Source: a virus (Duplodnaviria; Caudoviricetes). From it: a stretch of 37,695 nucleotides of DNA. The notes under the pieces were generated by a model, which was not told the origin of the DNA, did not search any database, and was given only the letters and a program-made list of their open reading frames with translations. The stretch spans positions 1-37,695 of IMG/VR virus record IMGVR_UViG_3300025066_001543; one strand, given 5' to 3'. Made by a program: the position numbers and the translations under genes. Below are positions 11,001 to 17,752 of the stretch, one piece after another (the stretch's first letter is position 1; each line of letters starts with the position of its first letter).

Positions 11001-12139
11001 ACAGTTCATTTGAATTCTCTAACTTCGAACCTGGTATGGACTATTGGTTTGGGATGACACAGATGGACACAAACTTTGTTGAGTCAGAGATGAGTGATGT
11101 GATATCATTTAACTGGGTGAGCACAACAAGAAATAATATACCAACGATCGATGTTGATGGTAATACTTTAATATTAGAACAGAATGGAATATACACTCAC
11201 ATGATAATATATAATGATGTCGATAATGACCCAATAACGTTTACAGTGATGGATGGTCCTGGTACATTTAACGGTGATGAGTATTTAATAGATACTGATA
11301 CTGCCACTGGTGACTTCTTTGTGAAGTATTCTTATACCGATGGTAAGTATATTGATAGTTCACATTTCGTTATTAAAGTATTGAGTGATGATATGGCAAA
11401 GCCAAGAGTTGATGTTGATAAGACATACATCAAAGACGGTGAAGATTTATTGGTTAGGATATTTGATCCTTTTGCCAATGATGTTGAGTTCACAGTCGAT
11501 GGGGATACATACACTGCGGAATATGAAGCCAATGGTTGGTGGAAGAAAAACTTAACTCCATTAGTTATAATAAACCAAGACATCGAAGTTACTTACCTTT
11601 CAGAAACAAAAATAGTTAAGGGGTATGCTTTAACGGTAAGCTTCGAAACAGAGAATGATGAGTATTGTTCGTTATATGAGATTGAGTTTGATAATTCTTC
11701 TTTTGGTGATAATGTAAGTTATCTTTGGGACTTTGGTGATGGTAACACATCTTATGAAAAAGAACCAAAACACACATATTATGTCGACGGATTTTACAAT
11801 GAAATATATGACGTCAAATTAAAAATTAAAGATGATGAAGGAAATACTGTTACAAAAACAAAAGCATTAACTATTAAAGGATCAACTAGTTATGATTGTT
11901 TTAATTTACCATATCTCAATTTCTTTATTAAGGAAAACGGTACAATTGTATTTAGCAATGAATATGAAGGATTATTTTTAAAAGTGTATTCTTTAGATGG
12001 TAGATTAATTATTGATAAAACAATTAATACTAAAAATAAAGAATACAAATTAAAAAAAGGTAATATTACTAATGGATTATATTCAATAATAATTTCAAAT
12101 GACAGTGAATTCAAAATGGATAAATTAATAATAAAGTAA
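8003..12139 (+). CDS. Large secreted protein with FN3, PKD and cadherin-like modules and a T9SS-like C-terminal sorting domain
   Basis: Signal peptide ending VHA|Q; PKD motifs PVANF..VNFTDLS and YLWDFGDG; C-terminus KVYSLDGRLI..GLYSIII..KLIIK. Confidence 0.8.
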   Translation: MNINLLCVLLLLCFNVHAQLSQCNTGGCYNLTLQNPSNTFSTTSNGWGLVGNCMVGGNYALFDVQCGSTYEWTTCSDFGGTQAWNSELTLLDISNNIICYQDNSNRISCSSSPYLGWTATFTGQVKVLLTKTGCDPVPSGCNRLVWRMSQGSGNTINAPPVIAQPDPTNPTAGILLTWSSVQGATSYDIIDCSNNSIVGNTQSIQYSVSGLQSGLSYSFKVGVNIGSCASVNSSCATSTTQAAAMPPVANFTSNITSVIEGNVVNFTDLSTNSPTTIGWTLQGGVPPTSNLKDPSISYITTGLYSVSLTVGNAYGSDTKTEVQYINVLQQGSTSLYIGGLIMYADNITPTGNMRTATGNVRIGLVGCNSFIHFSDDVYIEMGTSEITSNCQVFFVGNTGDTTNLINMPFTYKITGATLTDMNNPINGVFRLAKLPVQIDNFEFLCDGILIEGYLSLPADVSSWTSNPAFGSTSMTATLNALKITQSNGIQFNANIHVTNVKVMNKLKLNYLDIGLNTIDDIFTGSTKLTTPIIGIGGSVRISQGKLDQIGLSVTPLTPIPLGTTGLAISTGYGSIQYLATPPPIEMTLGCYVVPATPYSFESLGYLDLSCTYQLGTYFGANGKISIFDHYLANVGFKVWSYKFNVSGSVGFKNIIYGYGTFTIQKPPTNPVEMYGTFGAALKMPPQSTVDSLPAYLRYPLTYAFPTGQTIASCDNYVNTDYLAGVAEVNAQTLGFSIPKIFYKLNWVGSGVHFTWGINYQIMPIEARYELGINRSQLNVSVFELFASSKSILIEKYGYGDWKLRLPNGDSITTATGNITSFTQDGYTVIHIEDGELGEYEFVTPDDSTTVIRANMPPSIEIKSFDGSKVIWEDYDIDDDANIMFGLDNDMKDVDGVWIADNISEDDKDTIILSTDVPTGTYYLYAIIKDEIGQQHYDYYPTPITIVAANAPSKPTGLTYQTTDTTLTLSVDDATSESYVLYYSNKDDISHSSKNILFGSDSSFEFSNFEPGMDYWFGMTQMDTNFVESEMSDVISFNWVSTTRNNIPTIDVDGNTLILEQNGIYTHMIIYNDVDNDPITFTVMDGPGTFNGDEYLIDTDTATGDFFVKYSYTDGKYIDSSHFVIKVLSDDMAKPRVDVDKTYIKDGEDLLVRIFDPFANDVEFTVDGDTYTAEYEANGWWKKNLTPLVIINQDIEVTYLSETKIVKGYALTVSFETENDEYCSLYEIEFDNSSFGDNVSYLWDFGDGNTSYEKEPKHTYYVDGFYNEIYDVKLKIKDDEGNTVTKTKALTIKGSTSYDCFNLPYLNFFIKENGTIVFSNEYEGLFLKVYSLDGRLIIDKTINTKNKEYKLKKGNITNGLYSIIISNDSEFKMDKLIIK

Positions 12140-12238
12140 TAGATGCCCTCGGAAACGGAGGTGTTGTTGGCATTATCGCAATCGTTGTTCTGATTTCTCT
12201 TATAGGGAAAAAGTAACATAATTTGTAAATAGTAATAG

Positions 12239-12275
12239 AAGGTATAGGATATAAATCTCTGTACCTTTTTTTTTT
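12239..12275 (+). terminator. Intrinsic terminator after the large secreted-protein gene
   Basis: AAGGTATAG...CTGTACCTT stem followed by a 10-T run. Confidence 0.7.
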
Positions 12276-12289
12276 GCTTTTTATTGAGG

Positions 12290-12352
12290 AATAGTTGGAA
12301 GTCTGTGGAATAGTTCGTATCTTTATTATATAAGAAGAAAGATAACAATTAA
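12290..12352 (+). promoter_or_regulatory. Repeated promoter/leader module, copy 1
   Basis: TTG-N20-TATCTTTA; 33-bp core GTTCGTATCTTTATTATATAAGAAGAAAGATAA identical in three copies. Confidence 0.85.
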
Positions 12353-12374
12353 CAATAATAAAAACAACAACATT

Positions 12375-12728
12375 ATGAGTTACACAAATTTCGATAGACA
12401 CGCTAACATGGAAACAGAAACCAGAAGAGCTATTTTAGATTTAATTACCACCGTTGGTCTTACCAGGTACCACATTCAGAAGACTGATACAGAAAGTAAA
12501 TACTGGGAAGACTGTAAAGAACTAAGCAGCTTAGTGAATCACCTATATGGTTTATTCGATGGGTTTCTTTACGACGAACTGCTACTTGAGTTAGCTACAT
12601 TCCTTAAATACAAAAAGGATGATACCAAGATCGTTACTAAGATTTATAACGAAGTGAGTAACTACCCAAAGGTAGATAAATACTACAATGCTGAAGGTTT
12701 AATTCAAAAAATGGTAAACGGAAAATAA
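12375..12728 (+). CDS. Hypothetical protein (putative early gene)
   Basis: 117-aa ORF directly behind repeat copy 1. Confidence 0.75.
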   Translation: MSYTNFDRHANMETETRRAILDLITTVGLTRYHIQKTDTESKYWEDCKELSSLVNHLYGLFDGFLYDELLLELATFLKYKKDDTKIVTKIYNEVSNYPKVDKYYNAEGLIQKMVNGK

Positions 12729-12739
12729 AAACAACAATT

Positions 12740-12967
12740 ATGAAAGTATTAGAATTTAGTATAAATAACAATGTAGATTTACAAGAAGCTGTTACTGAGT
12801 ATCTTAATTTTTGGAAGCTTTACACTGAAGCTCAAGAAACGTTAAGACTAAAAAATACAGCTAATAATTTTGAGAAAGTATTAGGTTACAGGAAAGGCGG
12901 TCAACGGTGGATGAAAATCATTGAAGATATTACAGGTTTACAAGAGCATGAGTTTGGATTACTTTAA
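12740..12967 (+). CDS. Hypothetical protein
   Basis: 75-aa ORF with A-rich leader AAAACAACAATT-ATG. Confidence 0.7.
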   Translation: MKVLEFSINNNVDLQEAVTEYLNFWKLYTEAQETLRLKNTANNFEKVLGYRKGGQRWMKIIEDITGLQEHEFGLL

Positions 12968-12982
12968 AAAAACTTAAGATAA

Positions 12983-13042
12983 AGTTGGAGCCCTGAAAAA
13001 AGGTTCGTATCTTTATTATATAAGAAGAAAGATAACAATTAA
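12983..13042 (+). promoter_or_regulatory. Repeated promoter/leader module, copy 2
   Basis: AGTTGG..., same 33-bp core starting at 13003. Confidence 0.85.
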
Positions 13043-13062
13043 AAATTAAATAACTTAGTATA

Positions 13063-13308
13063 ATGAAAAAAGGATTTAACAATATCGAAGAGGCGGTAAT
13101 TGCAATTTGGGAAACCAATGCATTAACTGAGAAAAAAACAATATTACTTAAAATTATCAGTAGTGGGTTGTATAAGGTAACGAATACAAAAAAAATTCAA
13201 TTTGCAAGAGCTGTTGAAGCTATGATATCTAATGATAAATTAGATCAGTTTGCTAGTAATATTATGATGCAAGATAGCAGGTTAACAGCAAGTCAAAAAT
13301 GTTTATAA
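13063..13308 (+). CDS. Hypothetical protein (putative early gene)
   Basis: 81-aa ORF behind repeat copy 2. Confidence 0.7.
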   Translation: MKKGFNNIEEAVIAIWETNALTEKKTILLKIISSGLYKVTNTKKIQFARAVEAMISNDKLDQFASNIMMQDSRLTASQKCL

Positions 13309-13332
13309 AATTAATTTGAAAAAAAACACTAA

Positions 13333-13397
13333 AATAGTTGGAAGTCTGCGGAATAGTTCGTATCTTTATTATATAAGAAGAAAGATAAAAATTAACA
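13333..13397 (+). promoter_or_regulatory. Repeated promoter/leader module, copy 3
   Basis: Nearly identical to copy 1; core starts at 13356. Confidence 0.85.
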
Positions 13398-13400
13398 ATT

Positions 13401-13802
13401 ATGAAAAAATTTGATAGAGTAGAAGTTTTAAGTTATATAAGTGATTTGTATAAAGATGTTAATGGTGTTAGACCAAGATTTTATAATTTTAATGATTGGT
13501 CAGATGCTGAATTAGAAGCATTTGAAGCTCAATTAATTGCTCAATTAAAAGAAAATGAAGAATTAGAGCGCCTTCAGGAGGAAGCTGATGTTAAAAGTTT
13601 TGAAGATCAAGTTCAAAAAACAATTGATCTTGGAGCTGGTAATAGAAAAACAGCTCTTAGATGGTTATTCTCAAGTGAAGAATATGACCAAGGAGAATAT
13701 GTTACAGATTGGGATGTTGAAGGTTTCCTTTACAGAAAAGGAATTGGTCATTCTGATCTAGGTCAAAAAGTTAAAAAAGAATTATTAGAAATTTACGCTT
13801 AA
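13401..13802 (+). CDS. Phage hypothetical protein (SDLYKDVNGVRPR motif)
   Basis: 133-aa ORF behind repeat copy 3, acidic coiled-coil middle. Confidence 0.75.
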   Translation: MKKFDRVEVLSYISDLYKDVNGVRPRFYNFNDWSDAELEAFEAQLIAQLKENEELERLQEEADVKSFEDQVQKTIDLGAGNRKTALRWLFSSEEYDQGEYVTDWDVEGFLYRKGIGHSDLGQKVKKELLEIYA

Positions 13803-13812
13803 AATAAAAATA

Positions 13813-14106
13813 ATGACAAATAGTGAATTAAGATTAAATCCTCCAACATTAAAGATTGAAGGTACTCCAAGAGAAATTAAAATTGATACAGTAGCAAGTA
13901 TGTGTGATAATAAACATCGCTTCACAATTAAATTAAATGAAGAAGGTGATTATAAAATATCTAGACACGGTTATGCTTGGTCATGTTTTGGTATTAAAAT
14001 GAGACAAGATGACGTAGAATGGCTCGCTGACGATGGTGAGTGGAATAAGGTATTTGAAGCATTTAATTCAGGATATCAACTAATTGAATCAGTTAAATAT
14101 AGATAA
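13813..14106 (+). CDS. Hypothetical protein
   Basis: 97-aa ORF, tightly packed with neighbours. Confidence 0.7.
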   Translation: MTNSELRLNPPTLKIEGTPREIKIDTVASMCDNKHRFTIKLNEEGDYKISRHGYAWSCFGIKMRQDDVEWLADDGEWNKVFEAFNSGYQLIESVKYR

Positions 14107-14116
14107 AATAAAGGTT

Positions 14117-14383
14117 ATGAAAGAAACACATACACATACAAATAGATACGGTGAAGTATTTACATTCGAACATGATGATGGTGGGAATATTCTTTGGGAA
14201 GGTAATTTCGAGTATATTCGAACATCTTTAAATGAAGATAAAGATGTTATAATGGTAGACCCAGCGGGAGGACCTTATTTATGTTCAGGTATGGAATCAG
14301 AATTAATCCACTCAGATATAGAAGGTAAAGAAATTGTAAAATTCGAGTACATAGAAACTGGGTTTAAAATAATACTTAAATAA
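14117..14383 (+). CDS. Hypothetical protein
   Basis: ATG at 14117 preferred to the overlapping start at 14084. Confidence 0.7.
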   Translation: MKETHTHTNRYGEVFTFEHDDGGNILWEGNFEYIRTSLNEDKDVIMVDPAGGPYLCSGMESELIHSDIEGKEIVKFEYIETGFKIILK

Positions 14384-14388
14384 AAAAG

Positions 14389-14601
14389 GTGAGGGCTAGA
14401 TATAAAATAAACGATAAGGTTATCGTAAATATTCTAGGAGGTAATCAAGAAGGGATTATATACAAGGTAGATAGGATGGAGACTAAAATTATGTACACAG
14501 TATTAACAAAACGCGGAAGGAAATATCCATACACAGGTATAGATGGTTCGGAGAAATTTTTTAATATTGACTCTAAACTAACAAAAAAAATAAAAAACTA
14601 A
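14389..14601 (+). CDS. Small basic hypothetical protein, possibly SH3/KOW-like beta barrel
   Basis: 70 aa, GTG start, YKINDKVIV..GII pattern. Confidence 0.55.
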   Translation: MRARYKINDKVIVNILGGNQEGIIYKVDRMETKIMYTVLTKRGRKYPYTGIDGSEKFFNIDSKLTKKIKN

Positions 14602-14607
14602 TAAAAG

Positions 14608-14638
14608 TTGTTTGTTTGATAATTTTTATCTATATTTA
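14608..14638 (+). promoter_or_regulatory. Promoter TTG-N20-TATATTTA in front of the ORF-free region
   Basis: TTG 14608-14610, TATATTTA 14631-14638. Confidence 0.7.
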
Positions 14639-14645
14639 TAATATT

Positions 14646-14678
14646 ATTGACAAAATAGTCAATTTACGTTCTTTAACA
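14646..14678 (+). promoter_or_regulatory. boxB-like hairpin plus boxA-like antitermination element
   Basis: ATTGAC-AAAATA-GTCAAT hairpin, then CGTTCTTTAACA (10/12 to rrn boxA TGCTCTTTAACA). Confidence 0.6.
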
Positions 14679-14679
14679 T

Positions 14680-15190
14680 AATGAGGTAATAAGAGGTGCA
14701 CATCACCTGATGTCGAATATAAAAGGCAGGATCAGGTTATTTAAGCATGAGTTAAACGTTTAAAAACGGCCTCTGACAATATAGGAAGGCATTTTATTAT
14801 CGACGGACGATAAAATGTTTTACGTGGCTGAATAATATCTGAACAGAAGGATATAAGGCACTCGATCAGGTCGATGGACCACAGGACTTCACCAAATGGT
14901 GACCTGAACTGGGTAACTCCGGGATTCGAGGTTTTCGTTACAAACAGAACTAACTAGATTCTGTAAGTGGTGTGTAGGTAAATAAATAAATCCTACCTAG
15001 TGACGGAATAACGCGTTGATTGTGGCGTAACGTATTTTTTCTTACTATAGTAGTTTAACACGATGCTATGGCTGCAAACCATAGTAAGGGTTAATCAAGG
15101 CATTGGTAGAAAAAAATCACCATCTCCAAAAGCAATTTAACGAAATGAGAGTAATCTATAATCTCTCCGTAGGTTCACTTCCTTTTTTAT
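14680..15190 (+). ncRNA. Candidate large structured ncRNA (~500 nt), family unassigned
   Basis: No ORF of 60 aa or more, more GC-rich than flanking spacers, over ten nested helices, own promoter, ends in a T-run; boundaries approximate. Confidence 0.7.
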
Positions 15191-15197
15191 TTTTAAT

Positions 15198-15224
15198 TTA
15201 GTAGCGCTCAATTGAGGTTACTAA
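15198..15224 (+). promoter_or_regulatory. Inverted repeat/hairpin in the hsp20 leader
   Basis: TTAGTAGC-GCTC-AATT-GAG-GTTACTAA. Confidence 0.5.
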
Positions 15225-15271
15225 GAGTTATTAGATTTTTAATTATTAATTTCAAAACAAAAGGTTTTATT

Positions 15272-15739
15272 ATGAAACACTTACCAAACATTTTTAAACA
15301 CAGAGACAGTTTTGTCAACTCATTTGACAAAATATTCGACCAAATGGTCCAAAAACAATATCCAACACTAACAAACGAATTAGGAGTTGATTTCTTTTCC
15401 AAAACATCTTATCCAAAAGTAGATATTATCGATTATAACGATAGTATAAAAATTGTATCAGAGATACCAGGGTTATCTAAAAAAGATATCACAATTGAAG
15501 TTAAAGACGGTACTTTAACGATTTCAGGTAAAAAAGCAACAAAAGGTGATTCCACTGATACAAAAGGGACATATATCTATAAAGAGTTAAAACATTCATC
15601 TTTTAATCGTTCTTTTACTTTAGGTGATAGTTTAAATACAGAAAAAGTACAAGCTAAATTTAAGGATGGAATTTTAAATGTAACAATCCCTAAGTTAGAA
15701 CCGAAGGAAGAACAAATACAAGTAGTAGATATTGAGTAG
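15272..15739 (+). CDS. Small heat shock protein, Hsp20/alpha-crystallin family
   Basis: YPKVDI, EIPGL.K.DI.I, LTISG, F.RSFTL, AKFKDGILNVTIPK; ATG 15272 preferred to TTG 15212. Confidence 0.95.
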   Translation: MKHLPNIFKHRDSFVNSFDKIFDQMVQKQYPTLTNELGVDFFSKTSYPKVDIIDYNDSIKIVSEIPGLSKKDITIEVKDGTLTISGKKATKGDSTDTKGTYIYKELKHSSFNRSFTLGDSLNTEKVQAKFKDGILNVTIPKLEPKEEQIQVVDIE

Positions 15740-15746
15740 TAATAAT

Positions 15747-15771
15747 AAAGGGACATAGTCCCTTTTTCTTT
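15747..15771 (+). terminator. Intrinsic terminator after hsp20
   Basis: AAAGGGAC-ATA-GTCCCTTT then T-rich run. Confidence 0.8.
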
Positions 15772-15779
15772 AATTTTAG

Positions 15780-15810
15780 TTGGAAATTTAGCTAAAATTT
15801 ATTATATTGG
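15780..15810 (+). promoter_or_regulatory. Promoter TTG-N20-TATATTGG upstream of the deazaguanine cluster
   Basis: TTG 15780-15782, TATATTGG 15803-15810. Confidence 0.55.
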
Positions 15811-15827
15811 TTTAAAATTAAACATAC

Positions 15828-16616
15828 ATGAAAGTATCACATGAGTGCCCGTTATCACTTCTAGAGGAAAGTAGAAATTTTAACGATTATTGTTACGCTT
15901 TAGTACACCTATTTCCAGATCATCCACAATATTATAATTTCTTTGCTGAATCACTCCACCGTTACGGTAGGAAAGTCATTTTAGATAATAGTATATTTGA
16001 ATTAGGTACAGCGTATGAACCCGAAGAGTTTGTAAAGTGGATATTAAGACTGAGACCAACAGAATATATTATACCTGATACATTAGAAGATTCAGCTAGT
16101 ACTGTACGAAACGGTATAAGTTTTACACAAGCATATCCTGATCTGCCTGGAAAAAGCATCGGTGTAGTACAGGGTAAATCTTACGATGATATAGTTTGGT
16201 GTTACAGGAATTTAGATAAAGGAGTAGGTGTTGATAAAATAGCAATTAGTTTTGATTATTCGTACTATCAGAGCTTAGTACCTAGTGAAAATAAATACAT
16301 AAGTTTTATGTTAGGTAGAATAACATTAATTAATATGCTACTAAGAGATAGGGTAATTAATTTAAATAAGCCACATCACTTGCTCGGAGCCGCGTTACCT
16401 CAAGAATTTACATATTATAAAGGTATGGATTTTATAGAGTCTGTAGATACTTCATCTCCAGTTGTACATGCAATTAAGGGCATTCGTTATAATGATTGGG
16501 GATTATTAAATAAAGAATCACAAAAATTAGTAGATCTATTTAATACTAAAGAGGATAGCATTAACAAAGAAACACTTTATTATAATCTAACTAAATTTAA
16601 GGAATTTGCTCAATAA
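15828..16616 (+). CDS. TGT/DpdA-like TIM-barrel protein, candidate 7-deazaguanine transglycosylase
   Basis: ILDNSIFE, GVVQG, HHLLG and SVDTSS resemble transglycosylase motifs (LDSG.F, G..QG, HLLG, DS); heads the que cluster. Confidence 0.65.
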   Translation: MKVSHECPLSLLEESRNFNDYCYALVHLFPDHPQYYNFFAESLHRYGRKVILDNSIFELGTAYEPEEFVKWILRLRPTEYIIPDTLEDSASTVRNGISFTQAYPDLPGKSIGVVQGKSYDDIVWCYRNLDKGVGVDKIAISFDYSYYQSLVPSENKYISFMLGRITLINMLLRDRVINLNKPHHLLGAALPQEFTYYKGMDFIESVDTSSPVVHAIKGIRYNDWGLLNKESQKLVDLFNTKEDSINKETLYYNLTKFKEFAQ

Positions 16617-17178
16617 CGAAAATAGGCCTTGGATAGCTTTTTTTTCGCAAACAGGGACAGAGATAGTAAATATACATAAACAGTTAGGCGTTACACCTGA
16701 TATGATTGTAACAAATAATAGACCATCTCATCTACGTACAGTAAATGAATATATTTACAGAAACTGGGGTGATAAATTTTATATGTTACCTAATAAACCT
16801 ACAGTTAGTAATTATAAACAAATAATAACTAAATTACATAATCCGTTAATAACATTACACGGGTGGTTAAGAATTGTACCAAAAGCTATAGTTGAGCAGT
16901 ATGAAATATATAATGGACACCCTGCATTAATTAACGAACATCCAGAATTAAAGGGAAAGGATAAACAAGAGGATATATTTTATCATAAAAATAAGTACCC
17001 GGTCGTAGGATCTGTAATACATCAAGTTACAGAAGGTGTTGATGAAGGGGATATTTTAATTAGTGTTAGTGCTCCTAACACAGCTAAAAATTTAGATGAT
17101 GCATACAATATATTATATAAAACATCGTTTGAAACATGGAAAACTTTTTTTAATTCACAAAAAGGTTTGGGAAAGTGA
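16606..17178 (+). CDS. PurN-like formyltransferase, candidate DpdN-type preQ1 formyltransferase
   Basis: FFSQTGT, LHGWLRIV, NGHPAL, GSVIHQVTEGVDEGDI match the formyltransferase fold (N.HP, H.V...D.G.I). Confidence 0.85.
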   Translation: MLNNENRPWIAFFSQTGTEIVNIHKQLGVTPDMIVTNNRPSHLRTVNEYIYRNWGDKFYMLPNKPTVSNYKQIITKLHNPLITLHGWLRIVPKAIVEQYEIYNGHPALINEHPELKGKDKQEDIFYHKNKYPVVGSVIHQVTEGVDEGDILISVSAPNTAKNLDDAYNILYKTSFETWKTFFNSQKGLGK

Positions 17179-17197
17179 TAAATTTTTCTTATATTAA
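17167..17197 (+). promoter_or_regulatory. Promoter TTG-N20-TATATTAA upstream of the kinase
   Basis: TTG 17167-17169, TATATTAA 17190-17197. Confidence 0.6.
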
Positions 17198-17215
17198 GAT
17201 AAAATTAATAACGAT

Positions 17216-17752
17216 ATGGTAATAGCTTTTTCTGGGACACACTCTACAGGTAAAACAACATTATTAGATAATCTAAAACATAGTGAAGATTATAAATATG
17301 ACTATACATTCATAGATGAAATAACCAGGAGAATGTCTAAGCGTGGATTAAAAATTAATGAAGATGGAGATGACGTTGTTCAGTTATTAATAATGAATGC
17401 ACATTTAAAAAATGCATTAAATAAAAATGCAATTATGGATAGATGTGTATTAGATGGCGTTGTGTACACACATTGGCTGGTAAACGAAGGTAAAGTAAGT
17501 CAGTGGGTACTAGATTACGCTGTTAATGTATTTCAATTAGTTATAGTCAAATATGATTACGTATTTCATCTTGTACCTGAATTTGATATAGTAGAAGACG
17601 GGGTTAGAAGTACAGATATTAGATTTAGGGATGAAGTAGCAGATTTATTTAAGTTTTATATAAACCGATATAATGTACCAGTAGTTAATTTAACAGGTAC
17701 AGTAGAAAATAGATTACAGCAATTTAAAAAAATAATATATGAAAGAAGTTAA
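17216..17752 (+). CDS. P-loop nucleotide/nucleoside kinase (NadR/AAA_28/dNMP-kinase-like)
   Basis: Walker A GTHSTGKTT, MDRCVLD, EDGVR lid-like motif. Confidence 0.8.
   Translation: MVIAFSGTHSTGKTTLLDNLKHSEDYKYDYTFIDEITRRMSKRGLKINEDGDDVVQLLIMNAHLKNALNKNAIMDRCVLDGVVYTHWLVNEGKVSQWVLDYAVNVFQLVIVKYDYVFHLVPEFDIVEDGVRSTDIRFRDEVADLFKFYINRYNVPVVNLTGTVENRLQQFKKIIYERS

Noticed and set aside
12290-13397. Repeats as a CRISPR array
   Set aside because: Intervals are 350-690 bp and contain genes; the repeats have promoter structure; no cas operon.
14680-15190. tRNA, tmRNA, RNase P RNA or self-splicing intron
   Set aside because: No cloverleaf with T-loop/CCA, no tmRNA-like ends, no GAGGAAAGUCC, and no interrupted gene; not excluded without covariance models.
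14602-15200. Replication origin
   Set aside because: No iterons or AT-rich unwinding element; promoter, boxA-like site and G-U-containing helices fit an RNA better.
16606-17178. Ordinary purN for de novo purine synthesis
   Set aside because: No other pur genes nearby, and it overlaps the TGT/DpdA-like gene within the que cluster.
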